A stretch of DNA of 64,000 nucleotides from Dehalococcoidia bacterium (GCA_009379925.1 WHSU01000012.1:16419-80418); one strand, 5' to 3'. Shown: positions 9,961 through 21,906, counted from the stretch's first letter. Translations and numbers: made by a program. Notes: generated by a model not told the origin, from the sequence alone.

Positions 9961-10505
9961 CGCGGCCTGATGCGGCGGTCGCCGAGCGCCTGGAGGCGTG
10001 GCGGATGCGCCTCACGGCGTCGCGGGCGCGGCTGCTGGAGGCGTTGCGTGACGTGACCGAGCGCGACTTCGCTCAGGCGCTGGGCGAGCAGACTGTGGTG
10101 CAGGCGCTGGCCAGCCTGGCGCCCGCCGAACGGGCCTCGATGGAGGGTGCTGCTCGCGACGCGGGCGTCCCGACCGCCGAGGGGCCGCGTGGGCCGGCAC
10201 CGACGAAGGCTCTACCGCCACAGGTCATGCACGACCTGGCGGGGGCGCGATATGAGACGCTGCGGCTGCTCGAAGCCGCGGCCACGACGCAGCCACCGCC
10301 GGACCGCGCGCTCCTCGAGGCCGTCGACGCGGCTGTAGAGGCTGTGGCGCAGCGCGAGGAAGCGATGGCGGAGCGCATCGAGGGGCGGCCGGGCGGGCCA
10401 GACCCGCGGGATCCAATGGGGGGGAGACCCAACGACGACGTGAGATTTGCCGGATTCGGTGCTCCCCGGCCACCGAATCTCGTCCGAATTCGTAAGAGAC
10501 CGTAA
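9957..10505 (+). CDS. Hypothetical helical protein, DinB/YfiT-like
   Basis: ATGA overlap with the previous gene; L.ASRARLLEAL..V.E.DF pattern repeated as ARYETLRLL. Confidence 0.55.
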   Translation: MTRPDAAVAERLEAWRMRLTASRARLLEALRDVTERDFAQALGEQTVVQALASLAPAERASMEGAARDAGVPTAEGPRGPAPTKALPPQVMHDLAGARYETLRLLEAAATTQPPPDRALLEAVDAAVEAVAQREEAMAERIEGRPGGPDPRDPMGGRPNDDVRFAGFGAPRPPNLVRIRKRP

Positions 10506-10540
10506 CGTTTCACCCTCCCCGGTGTCTGAGTAAGTAGACC

Positions 10541-12495
10541 ATGAGCACGATCGACGACATCAAGGCACGCCTCGACATTGTCGAGACGGTCGGGGGCTAC
10601 GTCCCCGACCTCAAAAAGGCCGGACGGACGTGGAAGGCGCGTTGCCCGTTCCACAACGAGCGCACGCCGTCCTTCGTTGTAGATCCCGAGCGGGGGACGT
10701 GGCACTGCTTCGGTTCCTGCTCCACGGGCGGGGACGTGCTGGAGTTCGTCCGGCGCGTCGAAGGCCTCGATTTCAAGGAGGCGCTGCGGCGCTGCGCCGA
10801 ACGTGCGGGCATCGAGTTGCGCGCGCCTACCCAGCGGGAGGTGGAGGAGCGCGAGCAGCACGAGCGGCTGTTGCAGGCGAACGAGGGGGCGGCCGTCTAC
10901 TTCCAGGCGGCGCTGGCCGGGGGCGAGGGAGCGGACGCCCGCGCGTACCTGGAGCGGCGCGGTGTGGACGCAGAGACGGCGAGCACGTGGCAGCTGGGCT
11001 ACGCGCCGGAGGGCTGGCGCGGGCTGGTGGACCACCTGACGGCGCGCGGCTTCACGGAGCAGGACCTGATCGAAGCCGGGCTGGCCATCGAGGGTGACCG
11101 GGGGGCATATGACCGCTTCCGGCACCGCCTGATCCTCCCCACGCGCGACCAGCGGCGGCGCCTGATCGGCTTCGGAGCGCGCGCGCTGCGCGCGGAGGAC
11201 GAGCCGAAGTACCTGAACACGCCGCAGACGCCGCTGTTCGACAAGAGCGGGAACCTCTACGGCCTGGACCGCGCCACCGAGCACATCCGCCGCGCGGACC
11301 AGGGAATCATCGTCGAGGGCTACATGGACGTGATCGCGGCACACCAGTTCGGCGTCGCCAACGTCGTGGCGTCCAACGGCACCTCGATCACGGAGAAGCA
11401 GATGGCGCTGCTCAAGCGCTTCACGCAGAACGTTGTGCTGGCGCTGGATGCCGACAACGCGGGCTCCGAGGCGACGCTGAGGGGCGTCGAGGTGGCGTCC
11501 GGGGCAGCAGACCGCATGACGGTCGCCACGGTGGACTGGCGAGGGCTGGTGTCCTACCAGGACGTGCTCCAGGCGGACATCCGCGTGGTGGCGCTGCCGG
11601 AAGGCGACGACCCTGACAGCCTCGTTCGACGTGACCCCGAGCAGTTCCGCGCGCTCGTGGCTGGCGCCCTGCCGGTGGCGGACCACCTCTTCGAGGCGGT
11701 GTCCGCTAAGACGGACCCGGCGGACGCGCGGGCGCGTTCACGCGCGCTCCAGGCGCTCGCGCCAACGGTCGAGGCGATGCGTGACCCTGTGGTACAATCT
11801 CATTATGTCCAGAAGCTTGCGCGCCTCGCGCAGGTGGACGAGCGTACGGTGATCCAATCACTGGCGCCGGTGCTGGCGCGTACCGGCAAGGCAGGCCCGC
11901 GGCCGGTGCCGGCCACGGCGGAGACAGCGCGTGCGCGGAGGCGTCCGAATCAGCCACCGGACGGCGAGACGCAGCTCCTCCAGCTCCTGCTCCAGCGCTC
12001 GGAATGCCGCGGCGCGGGCATAGAAATCGCTCCCGAGACGTTCGAGGACTCGACACATCGCGCCATATACGAAGCGTGGCGTCAGCGAGCAGACCTCGAT
12101 GACTCGGTCGAAGAACTCGATGATCTGCTACAGGAGCGGTACCGGGAGCTACGGACAGCGACGATCCCGGACTACGACCCCCGGCATCTGGGCGACATGG
12201 TGCGAGACATGGCCCAGCGACTACGACTGCAGCGGGCGCAGCGTCGATTGTCGGCGGTCGCGCGCGAACAGGCGGAGGCGCTTCGCTCCGCACGCCTCGG
12301 GGCCGGCCGTGCGGAGGCCGGCGTGGAGGCCGACGGAGCGGTCGCGACCGAAGTCGCGGAGCCGGAGGGGGACGAGCTGCCGGGCGAATTTGGAGAAACC
12401 ATCCGGCGTCAGCGCGAACTGACGCTGCAATACCAGGTAGCGATCGGGCGTCGACCCGCTTCGGCGGGCGGCGACGACGTACGAGAGGAGACACG

Positions 12496-12499
<4 letters not shown>
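10541..12499 (+). CDS. dnaG: DNA primase
   Basis: CPFH..CFGSC zinc finger, [14 protein letters not shown] and DADNAG TOPRIM motifs. Confidence 0.97.
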
Positions 12500-14028
<1,529 letters not shown>

Positions 14029-14037
14029 GCAACTTCC

Positions 14038-14082
14038 CTCCCCTCTCGCGGCGAATCGGGAGAGGGGAGCCGGGGGCGAGGG
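14038..14082 (-). repeat. REP-like palindromic element, family A copy 2
   Basis: Reverse complement CCCTCGCCCCCGGCTCCCCTCTCCC..GAGAGGGGAG matches 3847-3889. Confidence 0.7.
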
Positions 14083-14101
14083 TTCGAGGGAGAGACAGCC
14101 T

Positions 14102-14344
14102 GTGCCGATCTACGAATACCGCTGCAAGAAGTGCGACACCCGCTTCGAGTTGATGCGCCGGCTGGCGCAGCGCGATAAGGCCGCCACCTGCTCGAACTGC
14201 GGTTCGAGGGCGACCGCGCGCGTGCAGGTCCAGCGCTTCGCCGTCGCCAGCGGGGCGGCCCCGGACATCATGGGCGGCGACGGAGACCCCGAGGACTTCG
14301 GGATGGACGATGACTTCGACATGGACGACGACTTCGACTTCTAG
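14102..14344 (+). CDS. FmdB-family zinc-ribbon protein
   Basis: [11 protein letters not shown]...CSNCGS; acidic tail. Confidence 0.88.
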   Translation: MPIYEYRCKKCDTRFELMRRLAQRDKAATCSNCGSRATARVQVQRFAVASGAAPDIMGGDGDPEDFGMDDDFDMDDDFDF

Positions 14345-14367
14345 CCCTGGTCGCAATATGCAACGAG

Positions 14368-14395
14368 AACACCCCGGCTCGCGCCGGGGTGTTTT
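14368..14395 (+). terminator. Intrinsic terminator
   Basis: AACACCCCGGC-TCGC-GCCGGGGTGTT ending in a T tract. Confidence 0.75.
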
Positions 14396-14414
14396 GTCGT
14401 CGTGGACGCGTCAG

Positions 14415-14756
14415 CTACTCCTCGTAGTACCCCACGAAATCGAACGCGAACGAGACCACGACAACGATCGCAACGAGGATCAACAGGCTGGGAAGTATGA
14501 CCTCACGCCCGGCGATGACGCGGTATCCCTGCTGGCGGGCACCACCTGCGCGCCGCCGGTGCACCACCAGGGCGACCAGCGCGAACACGCGGAGGAGCAG
14601 TAGTCCCAAGTCCTCCGGTATGACTCGGGTCACTACCGCACCGGCCAAGGCGACGAAGGCCGTCGCCAGAGCCAGGTTCCCTCGCCAGTACACGCGGACG
14701 TTCTGCAGGGTCTGCGCCCAGGCACCCTTCTGTCGGTCGGACCTGTGTGTGCCCAT
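14415..14756 (-). CDS. Small hypothetical membrane protein (about 3 TM)
   Basis: Three hydrophobic segments; fills the gap between neighbours. Confidence 0.6.
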   Translation of the reverse strand: MGTHRSDRQKGAWAQTLQNVRVYWRGNLALATAFVALAGAVVTRVIPEDLGLLLLRVFALVALVVHRRRAGGARQQGYRVIAGREVILPSLLILVAIVVVVSFAFDFVGYYEE

Positions 14757-14800
14757 GACCCATGGTCGAATGCCGTGGACCGGACAAGTAGGGGCTCCGC

Positions 14801-15565
14801 TTACCCCTCGGCGGGTGGGCTTTCGGTGGCGGGGCGCGTCTCCATGGAGGGGCGGCCGCTACGCCAGCGCGGGCGGTCGCGGTCGAGCCAGGCGAGGTAG
14901 CCGACGCCGGCAAGGGCGAGCAGGCCGCCCTCCATGACCGTGAGCACACCGACGCCGATCGACACGTCGAACCAGAAGCCCTGCGGGAACATCTGGATCA
15001 GGTGGTCCGTCGCCGGGTCCAGGCGCCAGAAGTCGTTGGAGAACGACAGCAGGTGGAACTGCGTGAACAGCGAGTCGAAGCCCACGAGCATCGCGATCCC
15101 CGCGATGCCCAGCGCACCCGCCGTGACCACACCGGCGAGCACCGCCTGCCGCGCCAGGCGACGCATCGAGCGTTCGCGGCTCCAGAGGACGACCGCGGCG
15201 ATGTAGCCGGCGATGTAGACGAAGGCGATCTCATGGACGCGGAACGTGAGGTCGAAGAGCTGCTTCACGTCGCGCATGTGCAGCACTTCGCGCTGGTTGA
15301 ACAGCGGCTGTTGTTGGCCCTCGACGCTCACCCGGATGTCGAGCAGCGCGTCGCTGTCCGAACCCTGGAAGTAGCCCACGATCTCTCGTGCGGCGCGGTC
15401 CAGCTGGATGCGCTCGATGCCCGTGACGCCGGCCGCGTCGTACTGCGCGAAGGAGTACTCGAAGACGCGCGGCTCCAGCGCCGCGATGCGCACGTTGCTC
15501 AGCAGCAGGAAGATCGGGATCGCGGCGACGAAGAGGGCGGAGGCGATCCAGCGGGCAGCCAGCAT
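14801..15565 (-). CDS. TIGR01906/DUF1461 family membrane protein
   Basis: FNQREVLHMRDVK, FDSLFTQFHLLSF.ND.W.LDP..D.LIQMFP.GFW. Confidence 0.85.
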   Translation of the reverse strand: MLAARWIASALFVAAIPIFLLLSNVRIAALEPRVFEYSFAQYDAAGVTGIERIQLDRAAREIVGYFQGSDSDALLDIRVSVEGQQQPLFNQREVLHMRDVKQLFDLTFRVHEIAFVYIAGYIAAVVLWSRERSMRRLARQAVLAGVVTAGALGIAGIAMLVGFDSLFTQFHLLSFSNDFWRLDPATDHLIQMFPQGFWFDVSIGVGVLTVMEGGLLALAGVGYLAWLDRDRPRWRSGRPSMETRPATESPPAEG

Positions 15566-15585
15566 CGCCCGATTATACTCGCCTC
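15566..15585. promoter_or_regulatory. Bidirectional overlapping -10 elements for two leaderless genes
   Basis: ATTATACT gives TATAAT on minus (15572-15577) and TATACT on plus (15574-15579), each 6 nt from an ATG. Confidence 0.7.
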
Positions 15586-16599
15586 ATGCCGTCTGACCCC
15601 TCGACCCGTCGACCCGCCTCGCTAGACCGTGTGATCGAGGCGTTCAGCCTCGCTCCACATGCCGTGCAGTGCTTCGACCCCGCTGCGTCTGCCGGGATGC
15701 TCGGCAACGCGCAGCCTCGTTTCGACGCGCAGCGCCCGCTGCTGGTGCTCGCGCCACAGTTCGAGGTTGCGCGGGGGCACCTCGATGAGCGGTACCCGGC
15801 GGGGACGGCCGTCCGCGTGCTCGCCAGCGGCCAGGTGCGCGACGTCGCGCTCGATGCGCTGCCCGGCCACGCCGAGGCGTGGCTGCTACCCGCACTACCG
15901 CCCGAGGAGGACCTCCGCTCGCTCGACGGGCTGCGGGGGGTGATGGAGCGGCTGTTCGGCCCGGACGGCTGCCCGTGGGACCGCGAGCAGACAGCGGAGA
16001 CCTTGCGCCCGTTCTTCCTCGAGGAGTGCTACGAGCTGGTGGACGCCATCGACCGTGGTGACCACGAGGGGCTCCGCGAGGAGCTGGGCGACGTGTTCGC
16101 GCACCTGTTTATGCAGACAGCGATCGCGCAGGTCGAGGGGCGGTTCTCGGTCGAGGAGGTCGCAGCGTACGCCTCGGCGAAGTTCGTGCGGCGGCACCCT
16201 CATGTCTTCGGCGACGAGCAGGCGGAGGGCACGGAGCAGCTGCTGGGGCGCTGGGAGGAGATAAAGGCGGACGAACGCACAGCCCGAGGCGAGACGGGGG
16301 CCGAGGAACCGGGCGCGCTCGACTCGGTGCCGCGCGCGGCGCCCTCGCTGCAACGCGTGCAGGCGATGCTGCGACGCGCGGAGCGCACGGCGCCGGAGTT
16401 GGTGACGTGGATGGACCCCCGCGAGGCCGCGGCGTGGTTCGACGGGGAGTCGAACGAGGAGAACCTGGGCGAGCTGCTGTGGGCCGCCGTGGCGATTGCC
16501 AACGGCGCAGGAGTCGACGCCGAGGAGACGCTGCGCCGCCTCGCGAACCAGTTCGCGGCGGAGTTCGCGGAGCACGAGCGGGCACGCCGGACATCCTGA
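15586..16599 (+). CDS. mazG: MazG-family nucleoside triphosphate pyrophosphohydrolase
   Basis: GCPWDREQT, EECYELVDAI, EELGD, KFVRRHPHVFG, WEEIK. Confidence 0.9.
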   Translation: MPSDPSTRRPASLDRVIEAFSLAPHAVQCFDPAASAGMLGNAQPRFDAQRPLLVLAPQFEVARGHLDERYPAGTAVRVLASGQVRDVALDALPGHAEAWLLPALPPEEDLRSLDGLRGVMERLFGPDGCPWDREQTAETLRPFFLEECYELVDAIDRGDHEGLREELGDVFAHLFMQTAIAQVEGRFSVEEVAAYASAKFVRRHPHVFGDEQAEGTEQLLGRWEEIKADERTARGETGAEEPGALDSVPRAAPSLQRVQAMLRRAERTAPELVTWMDPREAAAWFDGESNEENLGELLWAAVAIANGAGVDAEETLRRLANQFAAEFAEHERARRTS

Positions 16600-16772
16600 G
16601 GCGGTGCGACGCCTCGATGCGGGGGCGCAGTAGGAAATCCTGTGCCTCGTGCTACACTCCGGCCGATGAGAGGGGCTGCCGTCCCCGATGCGGCCTCAAC
16701 GGCCGTGGCACCCACACGAACCAACGCGGATGCGACGCTTCGCAGCAAGCGGATGCAGCGATAGGAGCAACG

Positions 16773-17396
16773 ATGACCAACGCCACCTCAACCGTTACTC
16801 GGAAGGACGCCGCAGCGCGTCCGGACTCCGTGGTGACCCCCGAGCGATTCAGTCAGGGGATGACCAGCTTCGGGCAGTGGATGGACGCCATCGAGAAGAA
16901 CAAGGAGAACTTCCAGCGCCACTATGACGAGTTCCAGCCAGCCGCGGAGGACGTAGCTGAGTTGAAGGGCCTCGTCGAGGCGAACGGCGTCAAGGCGCTG
17001 GTGCTCGGTGAGGACTGGTGCCCCGATGTCTGGCGCGGCCTGCCGGTGGTCGCGAAGCTGGCCGAGCAGAGCGGCATGGAGCTGCGGGCGTTCCTGCGGG
17101 ACCAGAACAAAGACATCATGGCCGAGTTCCTGAAGGACGGGGAGTTCGAGTCGATCCCGACCATCGTGCTCTACGACCGCGACCACCGATACCTGGGCCA
17201 CTGGATCGAGCGGGCTGACCAGGCGAACGCGGAGATGGGGCCGCTGCGCGAGATCATGGCCGGCAAGGAGCGCGACACGCCGGAGTGGACCGAGGCCCGC
17301 GCGCAGTACACGGCGAAGACCTGGGAGCTGGCCGAGGGCTGGCGCCAGGCCGAGGTGAAGGAGCTGCTCGCGCTGCTCCACGAGGCGCTCGACTAG
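16773..17396 (+). CDS. Thioredoxin-family protein (Thioredoxin_9-like, monothiol WCPDV)
   Basis: EDWCPD, SIPT cis-Pro, W.ER motifs; AGGAG RBS. Confidence 0.8.
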   Translation: MTNATSTVTRKDAAARPDSVVTPERFSQGMTSFGQWMDAIEKNKENFQRHYDEFQPAAEDVAELKGLVEANGVKALVLGEDWCPDVWRGLPVVAKLAEQSGMELRAFLRDQNKDIMAEFLKDGEFESIPTIVLYDRDHRYLGHWIERADQANAEMGPLREIMAGKERDTPEWTEARAQYTAKTWELAEGWRQAEVKELLALLHEALD

Positions 17397-17422
17397 CGCA
17401 TCGACGCCGCGACAGGCAGAAG

Positions 17423-17450
17423 AACGGGCCGCCCTGGGGGCGGCCCGTTT
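17423..17450. terminator. Terminator hairpin between convergent genes
   Basis: AACGGGCCGCCC-TGG-GGGCGGCCCGTT. Confidence 0.7.
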
Positions 17451-17482
17451 CGTCGTACATCGTTGGCCCCGCGGGGCGCGCC

Positions 17483-18181
17483 CTACTCGTCGAGGGCGGT
17501 ACGGGCGATGGCGGGTCGCGGCGTGACGCGCGGACGCGGGGCGGCGTCCTCGTCCAGGTCCGCAGGCTCGTCCTCACGCTGAGCCGGGCGCCGAGCCGCG
17601 GTGGGGGCCGGCTGCGCTGCCTGTGCCTGCGCCGGCTGACGGGCGGCGGCCCTGACGGCGGCGGGACGCCGGCGCTCTTCGACCGACTCCTCCTCGTGCT
17701 CGTCGATCTCGTAGACCGGCTCGCGCCTCGGCAGTTCGCGCGCGGTGGCGCAGAAGGGGCAGTGACGCCAGGAGAACTGCAGGAGGTGGCCGCAGTTCTT
17801 GCAGGGCTGCTTCAGCTGCGTGGCGCAGTAGGCGCAGACCTGGAACTCGTCCTGCACAGGGCGGCGGCAGTTGGGGCACGCGCTAATCGAATGCAGCTCG
17901 GAGAGGATGGCTTCCTGCTCCAGCTGGCGGTCGTACGCCTCTTGCAGCGTCTCGCTCGGGCGTACCACGAGGTACACCGGCAGGCCGATGAGCGGGAAGA
18001 CGGTGGCGATGGCAACACCGGTGAGGTGAGAGATCGGGTCCCGCGTGCGTGAGCGGATGTCGCGGTAGACCCAGAGGATCGAGGCGAGCCACAGGACGAA
18101 GAGGTAGCCACCGACGACGACGGCGACGAGCCGCGCGGTCGACTCCCAGCTGCCACCGGGCCAGCCAATCAAGAGATCCAC
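17483..18181 (-). CDS. Membrane protein with double zinc ribbon
   Basis: Two TMs with WVYRD..R motif; CPNC..CAYC..CKNC..CPFC; GTG start after GGAGG. Confidence 0.8.
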   Translation of the reverse strand: MDLLIGWPGGSWESTARLVAVVVGGYLFVLWLASILWVYRDIRSRTRDPISHLTGVAIATVFPLIGLPVYLVVRPSETLQEAYDRQLEQEAILSELHSISACPNCRRPVQDEFQVCAYCATQLKQPCKNCGHLLQFSWRHCPFCATARELPRREPVYEIDEHEEESVEERRRPAAVRAAARQPAQAQAAQPAPTAARRPAQREDEPADLDEDAAPRPRVTPRPAIARTALDE

Positions 18182-18366
18182 AAGATTGCCTCCGGTTTCC
18201 CCATGCCTGACAAAGGCTAACACGGGCCAGCGTGATGGTCGTGGGGACGGCTTACGGGAAGGTTACATTCCAAACGCGTGGAATCCAGCGGCATTCCCGG
18301 TGATCGCGGCGCGAGGCCATCGGGCGCCGCACGCCCGTAGCCGGGCCTCGGGCTACACTGCGCCCG

Positions 18367-20652
18367 ATGGCCTCCGATCACCCGTTGCTTGCCAGCCTGA
18401 ACGAGGCCCAGCGTCACGCCGTGCAGGTGCGCGGCGGGCCGCTGATGATCCTGGCGGGACCCGGATCGGGAAAGACGCGCGTGATCGCGCACCGCATCGC
18501 CTACCTCGTGGAGGAGGTGGGCGTCCCCGGCTGGCGCATCCTGGCGGTCACCTTCACCAACAAGGCCGCGCGCGAGATGCGCGAGCGCGTGGAGGGCCTG
18601 CTGGGGGAACGCGCCCTCGAACTCACGATGGGCACCTTCCACTCGATTTGCGCGCGCATCCTCCGGCGCGACGGCTGGGCCATCGACCTGCCCACCGACT
18701 TCGCGATCTACGACACCGACGACCAGATGGCGCTGGTGAAGGTCATCCAGGCCAACCAGCACATCGACCCGAAGCGGTTCGCGCCTCGGGCGGTCCTCTC
18801 GGCGATCTCCTCGGCGAAGAATGAACGCCGTGACGCGCCGGCCTACGCGCGCGGCGTGGGCTCGTACTTCGAGGAGATCGTGGCGCGGGTCTACGAGGAC
18901 TACGAAGCGTCGCTGCGGCGCAACGGCGCCGTCGACTTCGACGACCTGCTCGGGCATGTGCTGAGGCTGTTCGAGGAGCACGAGGACGTGCTGCGCCGCT
19001 ACGCGGAGAAGTACGAGCACACGCTGATCGACGAGTTCCAGGACACGAACCTGGTGCAGTACGAACTGGCGCGCCTGCTGGCCTCGGTGCATCGCAACCT
19101 GACGGTGGTGGGCGACCCGGACCAGTCGATCTACTCGTGGCGCGCGGCGGACGTGCGGAACATCCAGAAGCTGCAGGCGGACTTCCCCGGCACGGAGGTG
19201 GTGCTGCTGGAGCAGAACTACCGCTCGACGGGCCACATCCTGCGGGCGGCGCACGCCATCATCTCGAAGGCCGAGGGGCGGCCGGAGAAGGGCCTCTGGA
19301 CCGACAACGCGGACGGCGCGCCGATCGTGGAATACGAGGCGCCGTACGGCGAGGAGGAGGGCCTCTTCATCGCCAGCGAGATCCGACGCCTGAGCCGTAC
19401 CGAGGACCGCCAGCCCGCGGAATTCGCGGTGATGTACCGCACGAACGCGCAGTCCCGCTCGGTCGAGGAGGCGTTCATCCAGCAGGCGATCCCGTACCGC
19501 ATCGTGGGCGGCACGCGCTTCTACGACCGCCGCGAAGTGCGGGACCTGATCGCCTACCTGCGGCTGGTACACAACGAGTTCGATTCGATCGCCTTCGAGC
19601 GTATCGCCAACGTGCCGGTGCGCGGCATCGGCGCGAAGACGATCGGCGAGGTGATGCGCGTGTCGTCCGAGCAGGACATCTCACCGCTGGCCGCCGCGAC
19701 GCGGCTCGCACGCGGCGACGACCCGAGCCTCCCCCAGCTGCGCGGCGACCTGCGCTCCTCGCTGGTGGTGTTCATCGAGCAGATCGACGGGGTGGCCGCC
19801 GACCGCGAGCGGGTGAGCGTCGCCGAGCTGCTCGACCGCATCATCGAGGTGACGGGCTACCACCAGCATCTCCAGAAGACGGACGGCGAGCACGCCGAGG
19901 TGCGCTGGGAGAACGTGCAGGAGCTGCGCTCGGTGGCCGCGCAGTACGTCGACGTGGTGGGCGGCGGCGACGATGGGACGTCGCTGTCGTCGTTCCTGGA
20001 GGAGGTCGCGCTGGTCTCCGATGTCGACGACCCGAGCGCGGACGCGCCGGCGGCCGTGACGCTGATCACGCTGCATTCCGCGAAGGGCCTGGAGTACCCG
20101 GTGGTGTTCATGCCGGGCATGGAGGAGACCCTGCTCCCGCACAAGCGCGCCGTCGAGGCGCAGCAGGCAGGCGACCGCTCCGAGATGGAGGAGGAGCGCC
20201 GGCTTTGCTACGTGGGCATGACCCGCGCACGAGAGCGCCTCTACCTGACGCGCGCCCGTCGCCGCTTCCTGTACGGCGACCTGCGCGCGAACCCGGCATC
20301 CAGGTTCCTGTCGGACATTCCGCAGGAGGAGGTGGTGGAGCCCACCGGCGCGCGACGCGCGGCGCCTCGGGAGGATGGCTGGGGCGACCGCGAGGCGGTG
20401 CCGGCAGGCGCCCCGGGCGTCTCACTGAGCCCTCGAGGGCTACGGGCGGCCGCGGCGGCGCGGCAGGCGCAGGAGTCGCAGTCGGAGACGCCGGTCTTCC
20501 AGCCGGGCGAGCGGGTGAAGCACTCGAAGTTCGGTCCCGGCGTGGTGATCGCGTGCGAGGTGGTCCCGGGAGACCAGCAGGTGACGGTCGCCTTCGAAGG
20601 GCAGGGCGTGAAGCGGCTGCTGCTCTCCTTCGCACCACTGGCGAAGGCCTAG
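18367..20652 (+). CDS. pcrA: ATP-dependent DNA helicase PcrA/UvrD
   Basis: AGPGSGKT, DEFQDTN, GDPDQSIYSWR, HSAKGLEY, EERRLCYVGMTRA, C-terminal Tudor-like H.KFG.G. Confidence 0.96.
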   Translation: MASDHPLLASLNEAQRHAVQVRGGPLMILAGPGSGKTRVIAHRIAYLVEEVGVPGWRILAVTFTNKAAREMRERVEGLLGERALELTMGTFHSICARILRRDGWAIDLPTDFAIYDTDDQMALVKVIQANQHIDPKRFAPRAVLSAISSAKNERRDAPAYARGVGSYFEEIVARVYEDYEASLRRNGAVDFDDLLGHVLRLFEEHEDVLRRYAEKYEHTLIDEFQDTNLVQYELARLLASVHRNLTVVGDPDQSIYSWRAADVRNIQKLQADFPGTEVVLLEQNYRSTGHILRAAHAIISKAEGRPEKGLWTDNADGAPIVEYEAPYGEEEGLFIASEIRRLSRTEDRQPAEFAVMYRTNAQSRSVEEAFIQQAIPYRIVGGTRFYDRREVRDLIAYLRLVHNEFDSIAFERIANVPVRGIGAKTIGEVMRVSSEQDISPLAAATRLARGDDPSLPQLRGDLRSSLVVFIEQIDGVAADRERVSVAELLDRIIEVTGYHQHLQKTDGEHAEVRWENVQELRSVAAQYVDVVGGGDDGTSLSSFLEEVALVSDVDDPSADAPAAVTLITLHSAKGLEYPVVFMPGMEETLLPHKRAVEAQQAGDRSEMEEERRLCYVGMTRARERLYLTRARRRFLYGDLRANPASRFLSDIPQEEVVEPTGARRAAPREDGWGDREAVPAGAPGVSLSPRGLRAAAAARQAQESQSETPVFQPGERVKHSKFGPGVVIACEVVPGDQQVTVAFEGQGVKRLLLSFAPLAKA

Positions 20653-20667
20653 ACAGGCTCCCGAGGG

Positions 20668-21831
20668 CTAACGTCGCGCCTCGGCGGGTGGCCCGCGGCG
20701 GTCGCTCCGGCGGACGCCGTCCATCATCGCTCGCAGCTCAAGCTGGCGGATGATGTCGCCGCGCGTGAGCAGCCCGACAAGGCGGCCGTCCTCGATGACC
20801 GGCACCTGGTGGATGTCGTGCTCCTGCATCAGCCGCATGGACTCCAGCACGCTGGTGTCCGGCTGCACCGTCACGACATCGGCGGACGGGACCATGGCAC
20901 GACCGGCGGGCATGGCGCCCCACTCGTCCCTGGGGACGCGGGTGAGGTCCGTGGTGGTGATCAGACCCACGACCTGACCGTCCCGGTGGACGAAGAGCGC
21001 GCGTTCGGCCTGCCCCAGCACGCGCTCGTCGACGATGCGCTGGACGGTCCAGTCCTCGCCCACGGGCTCGGGTGGTGCGCGCATTACGTCGGCCGCACGC
21101 AGCTTCTCGAGCGCCCGCTCGACGACCATCTGCTGGTAGGACGACTCGGACGCCTGCTTCAGGAAGAGGCCGATCAGCACGTACCAGAGGCCGGCCAGCG
21201 AGCCGAGGAAGACCACCGTGAGGATGCCGAGGATGATCATCACCCAGGCGATCCCACCGCCCACCGCGGACGCGATACGTGTCGCCCTCACCAGGTCCTT
21301 GGTGCGGGCCCAGACGATCGAGCGGAAGACGCGCCCGCCGTCGAGCGGGAAGCCCGGGAGCAGGTTGAACGCGCCGAGGACGAAGTTAATGAAGGCCAGG
21401 TAGAAGAGCACCTCGCCCGCGTTGCTGTCCGAGAAGACGAACGCGAGCGCCCCGAAGACGACCGCCAGCACCCAGGAGGCCAGTGGCCCCGCGATGGCGA
21501 TGCGGAACTCCTGCCCGGCCGTGCGCATCTCCCCACCGATGTTGGAGACGCCTCCGAAGATGAACAACGTGATCGAGGGCACGGCCATCCCGAACCCCTG
21601 GGCGACGAAGGCGTGCGAGAGTTCATGGAAGAGCACGGAACCGAAGAACAGCACGGACGTGCCGGCGGCCCATCCCCAGCGTTGCTGATCTGACCAGTCC
21701 GGAAACTCGGTCCCGAAGTAGCCCTCGGCGAGTGACCACGTGATCAGCGTGAATATGAAAATCCACGACCAGTGGACGCGGATCTCAATGCCCCGGATGG
21801 TGGCGATCTTGAAGCCGGTGGTCAGGTCCAT
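20668..21831 (-). CDS. Site-2 protease (M50) with tandem CBS domains
   Basis: HELSH, AGP, FNLLPGFPLDGG motifs; CBS pair. Confidence 0.92.
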   Translation of the reverse strand: MDLTTGFKIATIRGIEIRVHWSWIFIFTLITWSLAEGYFGTEFPDWSDQQRWGWAAGTSVLFFGSVLFHELSHAFVAQGFGMAVPSITLFIFGGVSNIGGEMRTAGQEFRIAIAGPLASWVLAVVFGALAFVFSDSNAGEVLFYLAFINFVLGAFNLLPGFPLDGGRVFRSIVWARTKDLVRATRIASAVGGGIAWVMIILGILTVVFLGSLAGLWYVLIGLFLKQASESSYQQMVVERALEKLRAADVMRAPPEPVGEDWTVQRIVDERVLGQAERALFVHRDGQVVGLITTTDLTRVPRDEWGAMPAGRAMVPSADVVTVQPDTSVLESMRLMQEHDIHQVPVIEDGRLVGLLTRGDIIRQLELRAMMDGVRRSDRRGPPAEARR

Positions 21832-21906
21832 ACGAAGAGCATACCCGGCTCATCGACGCGCCACACGCTGCCCCGCGGTCCGTGCACGAGCCCGCGCGCC
21901 GCGGGA

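Noticed and set aside
16660..16770. Possible riboswitch or hammerhead in the thioredoxin leader (CCGATGAG, GGCCG..CGGCC)
   Set aside because: No CTGANGA/GAAA core or recognisable riboswitch consensus; pairing is explainable by GC content
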